DNA from: Andalucia godoyi And28
Lineage: Eukaryota; Protista; Jakobida
Length of the DNA stretch: 64,000 nt
Direction of reading: 5' to 3'
Assembly (NCBI GenBank): GCA_009859145.1
Contig: VRVR01000002.1
Coordinates: forward strand, 473,853-537,852
Below, piece by piece: positions 60,214 to 64,000 of the stretch; the first letter of the stretch is position 1; the number at the start of each line of letters is the position of its first letter. The notes under the pieces are model-generated. The model searched no databases and was not told the DNA's origin. It worked only from the letters and a program-made list of their open reading frames with translations. A program made the translations under genes and the position numbers.

Positions 60214-62583
60214 ATGGGGTCGTCGGAACACAGGCTTACGCTGACTGTCTTGTATGCCGTGGATCTTCCAATTGCAGATGTGATTGGAACCACGGATCCG
60301 TACGTCGTGGCGAATATTGCAGGAAGGGATCCTGCGGTATTTGCGCAGAAGACGGCGGTGGTTCATGGGAATTGGAAAAACCCTACCTGGAACCACACCA
60401 TGGTGTTCGAGAAAGTCCGCCTTCTGGATTCCGTAGTGCTCACCGTCTTTGACTGGGACTCATGGTCTGCACATGATGTGGTTGGCATTGCTCGTATCTC
60501 GCTCTCGAACATCGTTGCTTCTGTTTTCCAGAATGGCAAGGAGAATTCATCTGGGCCGTTTTACTGTCCGCTGGAGAGCCCGTGCATTCGCGGGGCGATT
60601 GTGGTGTCTGCGGAACTTGATCCGTTGCCTGTGCGTGGCTCGGATGGGTCGTGGCTACCCCCGACGCGCCCTATCCTTCATCTTCCTTGCAAGCCTATGA
60701 CGTCTGTTCCGGGTGTGCACATTTTCTGCACCGTCCCAGGCCAGAAAAACCCAGTGCCCTTGTCGAAGTCCAAGGATGCGAAAAAGGATACCTACGATGG
60801 CGCCATTGTTGTGCAATCGGGAGATGTCTTGCGTGCAAACGTCATTGTCTTGACTGACGCTCCTGTGGCGTTGCGCTCTCTTTGCGCGTACATCAAGGGT
60901 ACTGTCAAGGGCCACAAAGCCGCTCTTGAGGGGGAGCTGAACAACGGAATTCTCATATCGACTGCTGTCAATGTTCTGCAACAGCCGTGCTCGTCGACAT
61001 CAGGAAACCCAGACGGAGTATCATCGTATACACTGTTGCAAGCTGGCAGACATGTCTATCCGCTGGACACATTCTTTCCGGACGGTCTGCCATCGTCTGC
61101 CGTTTTCAAGAAGGATGCGACCATCAAGTACAAACTCGTTCTGACAGCCGATATCGTGGATCGACCGGATGTTCGAATCAAAATACCTATTCGTGTGATC
61201 AGTCCTCAAGACCTTTCCAGCACAAACGTGCTTCCTGATGGGAATGCAAGCAATCGTGCCCCGGTTTCCATGAAAGTGTCGAAGACTCCTCTATTAGCTC
61301 CGGGACCCGTGACGATGGAGGCGACGCTGCTCCGTGGGATCGTTGCACCAGGCCAGGAGATTGAGCTGAAGCTGCATGTCGAGAATCAAGCGAACAGTCC
61401 CATCAGGAACGTTGATGTTATGTTGGAACGGTTGTCTTGGTATAATGGTCCGATTGGCATTCCCCTCCGGGAGCCTGCTTTTCCAAACCCATTGAAAGTG
61501 CGATTTGACCCTCCTATTTGTCGCGGAGATGTTCGAGATCAACTGATCATTGTCGAGCTTCCCTCCATATCTTCAAAGGATGGAGCAACATTGGTGCATT
61601 CATTTTCGAGAAACAAGTTCGCCATTGCTTACGAAATCGCAGTTACTCTGGACATCCCACAGTGTCGAGATATTTCGATGGCATTCCCTGTTACTGTCAA
61701 GATTCCAATGGAGGCCAGCGCCTCTCGGATGACTTCAGGAAGCGGGTCTGCCATCCGGACAGCTGCAAAGAGTATTGACTCTCGTCCGCAACAGTGGCAT
61801 GCATCCCAAGTGCTTGCATGGGCAACCATTCGTGGCAAACTAGACACAACATCGTCCTTGTTAAATATCGTTCTTCGGGATCTTGAAGTTACTGGTCGTG
61901 AATTGCTGACTGTTTCGTGCGACGACTGGAAGCGTTTTCTTGAACAGCTGCTTTCCGGGGGCAGCAAAAAGTCCTCCTCCGACTCCGTCAGCCAAGCCGG
62001 GGGATGGGCAACGAAATCCGAAGTGCGACATCTTGTCCTTGCGCATCGGAAACTAATTCGAAAGTGGTGTTTCCCCCGCTTGTGTCTCGCGCACCTCGGA
62101 ATGGAGCCGTATGCCGATGTTGTAGAACGTGCAGACATTTCATACGATGAGTGGTTCTTGCTAGGTCGCTGCGATTCCTTTGAAGAGGGTGCCGAGCGGT
62201 TGGTCAAATTGTTCGGATTCACGTACGGTGCTGCACTGCGGTTGCAACGACACCTCCACAAGGAGTGGCTGCATCACAAGAAAGTAGTTGACAAAAAGTA
62301 CCCTCCTACCTCCGTTTTGAATGCAGCTCGATCCGCCATACGCGGCGAGGACTCCAGTGACAGCTCTTCAGACAGTTCGTGCTCCTCGGATTCTGATATG
62401 GAATGTGTTTCTGTGCATGCTCGTCGTGAGAAAGAAGGTCGAAAGAAGCGCAGGGCTGAAGCGAAGAAGAAGGTGGCAGAAGCACCATCGAAAGTTGCTC
62501 AACAGATTTCAAATGAGGCAAAACACGTTGCTGACGAAGTCGCTGCGATGGGAAACACTTTGATTTCCAAACTCAAGTTTTGA
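60214..62583 (+). CDS. C2 domain + arrestin-N/C + SAM-like domain protein
   Basis: C2 (DVIGTTDPYV, NPTWN, VFDWD..SAHDVVG); arrestin (GRHVYPL.F.P..LPSS, IKYKL; IAYEIAVTLD); SAM-like WHASQVLAW...GRELL and second LGMEPYA...GAALRL. Confidence 0.85.
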   Translation: MGSSEHRLTLTVLYAVDLPIADVIGTTDPYVVANIAGRDPAVFAQKTAVVHGNWKNPTWNHTMVFEKVRLLDSVVLTVFDWDSWSAHDVVGIARISLSNIVASVFQNGKENSSGPFYCPLESPCIRGAIVVSAELDPLPVRGSDGSWLPPTRPILHLPCKPMTSVPGVHIFCTVPGQKNPVPLSKSKDAKKDTYDGAIVVQSGDVLRANVIVLTDAPVALRSLCAYIKGTVKGHKAALEGELNNGILISTAVNVLQQPCSSTSGNPDGVSSYTLLQAGRHVYPLDTFFPDGLPSSAVFKKDATIKYKLVLTADIVDRPDVRIKIPIRVISPQDLSSTNVLPDGNASNRAPVSMKVSKTPLLAPGPVTMEATLLRGIVAPGQEIELKLHVENQANSPIRNVDVMLERLSWYNGPIGIPLREPAFPNPLKVRFDPPICRGDVRDQLIIVELPSISSKDGATLVHSFSRNKFAIAYEIAVTLDIPQCRDISMAFPVTVKIPMEASASRMTSGSGSAIRTAAKSIDSRPQQWHASQVLAWATIRGKLDTTSSLLNIVLRDLEVTGRELLTVSCDDWKRFLEQLLSGGSKKSSSDSVSQAGGWATKSEVRHLVLAHRKLIRKWCFPRLCLAHLGMEPYADVVERADISYDEWFLLGRCDSFEEGAERLVKLFGFTYGAALRLQRHLHKEWLHHKKVVDKKYPPTSVLNAARSAIRGEDSSDSSSDSSCSSDSDMECVSVHARREKEGRKKRRAEAKKKVAEAPSKVAQQISNEAKHVADEVAAMGNTLISKLKF

Positions 62584-63358
62584 CGGTCATACGATTCCAT
62601 ATCAACCAGTTCTTTCCTTGTGTGATGCATGAGATAGCATAAAGCCATTGCCTTTTCATGTTTCCCTTCCCTTTTCCCGCAGTGACAGTACCAGTATCCA
62701 TCGTCCATCGCTGGACTATTGTCCATCAGGTTAGATGCAAAAACGTCCTTCCAATCCATTCTTCCTCATCTTACTGCTTGTGTTTCGGATAAAAGGGGAA
62801 ACGTTGAGGGTGTCTTTTTCAAAAACCAAGTATGGGGATTTGTAGCACTTTATACAGCGAACAAAACGACTATGTGCGATGGCGTGGGGGTTTTGTTAGA
62901 GAACCGTTATGCTCGCGTTTACTTGATCCTAGGAAATGTGCATTATTGGAGATATCGAACAGCATATGCATTCTTCAACTATTTAAACGCATTGTGTTGG
63001 CCATACTCGATTCACATCATGAGTGTGTTGTATGGAACACTGAGGTGACAATCATCGCTTGATAATCACAATGGAACGGTTCGTGTATGTGCTCAGACTA
63101 CGACGAATTAATTAATTTAAAAAAAAACGATCACAAAGTATTTATGCAACACCGAAATGGCGCACCAAACACGGAAAATGGTCCACAACACTTTTTCTCA
63201 GATAATGCTTGGGACTGGTAGAGTCGCGGACGGCGAGCAATCTGGCAAAAGAAATTCTCTTGGGGACGACGCCGTTCAGGAGTTATACGTAAAATATTAA
63301 TTACCTAATTCCCGACTACAGTCGTTTATTTCGCGCGAAGAATGCTTTCTTATCGTAA

Positions 63359-63581
63359 AGGCAGGTATTCTTGCCGGTTTTTTCGCACTTGTCATGCCGG
63401 GTCATTGTCGGGTCATTCCAATTAAAAACCATCCGATTTTTTTTTCAAATTCGTGTTCAGCGCAGCGAACTCCATGCGTTTCGTTTTTAAAAATTTCTTC
63501 TGGTAATGTTCATTGTATTGTTATCAGCACTGCAAAATGGTCGAAATTTAATTAAGAGGCAGGTATTCTTGCCGGTTTTTT
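63359..63581 (+). repeat. Two identical 25-bp direct repeats AGGCAGGTATTCTTGCCGGTTTTTT (63359-63383, 63557-63581)
   Basis: Seen directly; each contains a GGCAGG..CTTGCC hairpin followed by T6. Confidence 0.9.
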
Positions 63582-63644
63582 GCTGAAAATGTTTTGGCGC
63601 GCTTTCTTCTTTCTTCCGTTCGTTTTTCATCAAAACCAATCAGA

Positions 63645-64000
63645 ATGGTCAAAAAACGATCCTCTACCGGAAGAACAGCGAATTCGGACGCGCAGCTCAC
63701 GAAAGACGTCCTTGCGCATATCATTAACGGTGTCAAGTACAAAGATCTGCAATCTCCTGAACGAACCGTGCGCAAGTACGTTGGTATCTATTACGACGTG
63801 ATCCTCGATGAGCTCAACGACTGTGCTCGAAGCGTGTTTATGGAAACGCAAGGTAGGCAGCCTCAAGCCTTTCATCCTATCGTGCCAACAGAAGATGAAA
63901 GACGACGTACAAAGATCCCGGAAGCGCTGCACCAGTTCATCGACATGAATCACCTCGAAGAAGTCGTTTCCTTCTTTGGGAAAGCAGGACGGCCGCCTGT
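63645..64000 (+). CDS. 5' part of an ORF running off the right edge; possible transposase N-terminus (psq/CENP-B HTH-like)
   Basis: MVKKRSST...HIINGVKYKDLQSPERTVRKYV...GKAGRPP; no stop before 64000. Confidence 0.55.
   Translation, partial: MVKKRSSTGRTANSDAQLTKDVLAHIINGVKYKDLQSPERTVRKYVGIYYDVILDELNDCARSVFMETQGRQPQAFHPIVPTEDERRRTKIPEALHQFIDMNHLEEVVSFFGKAGRPP

Larger units (their letters stand above)
63317..64000 (+). mobile_element. Probable left end of a Tc1/mariner (pogo-like) DNA transposon, truncated by the window edge
   Basis: TA|CAGT start at 63317-63322; 25-bp direct repeats (63359, 63557); ORF from 63645 open to the edge. Confidence 0.4.

Noticed and set aside
62499-63060. Short ORFs with a CHC...C..H pattern (possible SWIM or transposon relic)
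   Set aside because: Spacing does not fit SWIM and the region is AT-rich and degenerate; not supportable.
1-64000. CRISPR arrays, tRNA and rRNA genes
   Set aside because: None recognised; the only repeats found are microsatellites, the 330-bp pair, the 25-bp pair and the IS607-related ends.

Overview
Gene-dense, intron-poor eukaryotic genomic DNA using the standard code, from a flagellated protist with mitochondrial complex I (inferred from the axonemal dynein genes and an NDUFB8-like gene). About 27 host genes are separated by short, low-complexity, microsatellite-rich spacers. They include phospholipase B-like, CDC123/R2K ATP-grasp, SP-RING SUMO ligase, Mis18, mid-SUN, a large GPI-type Cys-rich surface protein, cyclophilin, an intronless 13.6-kb outer-arm dynein heavy chain, two tandem fucosyltransferases, FEN1, WDR78, PSMB1, NDUFB8, homocysteine S-methyltransferase, SPATA17, SRPRB, CSN5, TRM10 and a C2-arrestin-SAM protein. 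The main accessory signal is an IS607/Fanzor2 (eukaryotic TnpB, OMEGA-type) system. At 47.9-49.15 kb an apparently intact IS607 serine recombinase overlaps a decayed Fanzor2 5' half. At 49.3-49.6 kb an oppositely oriented Fanzor2 C-terminus carries a right end and putative omegaRNA. At 4.18-4.47 kb, 45 kb away, a ~270-bp miniature derivative keeps the first TnpA-like codons, the last Fanzor codons and a homologous omegaRNA-like scaffold, followed by an 18-nt candidate guide and a T5 run. The window also has a 330-bp near-identical dispersed repeat (34.4 and 59.5 kb) and the probable left end of a pogo/Tc1-like transposon at the right edge. All family assignments come from motif recognition by eye; no database searches were run.
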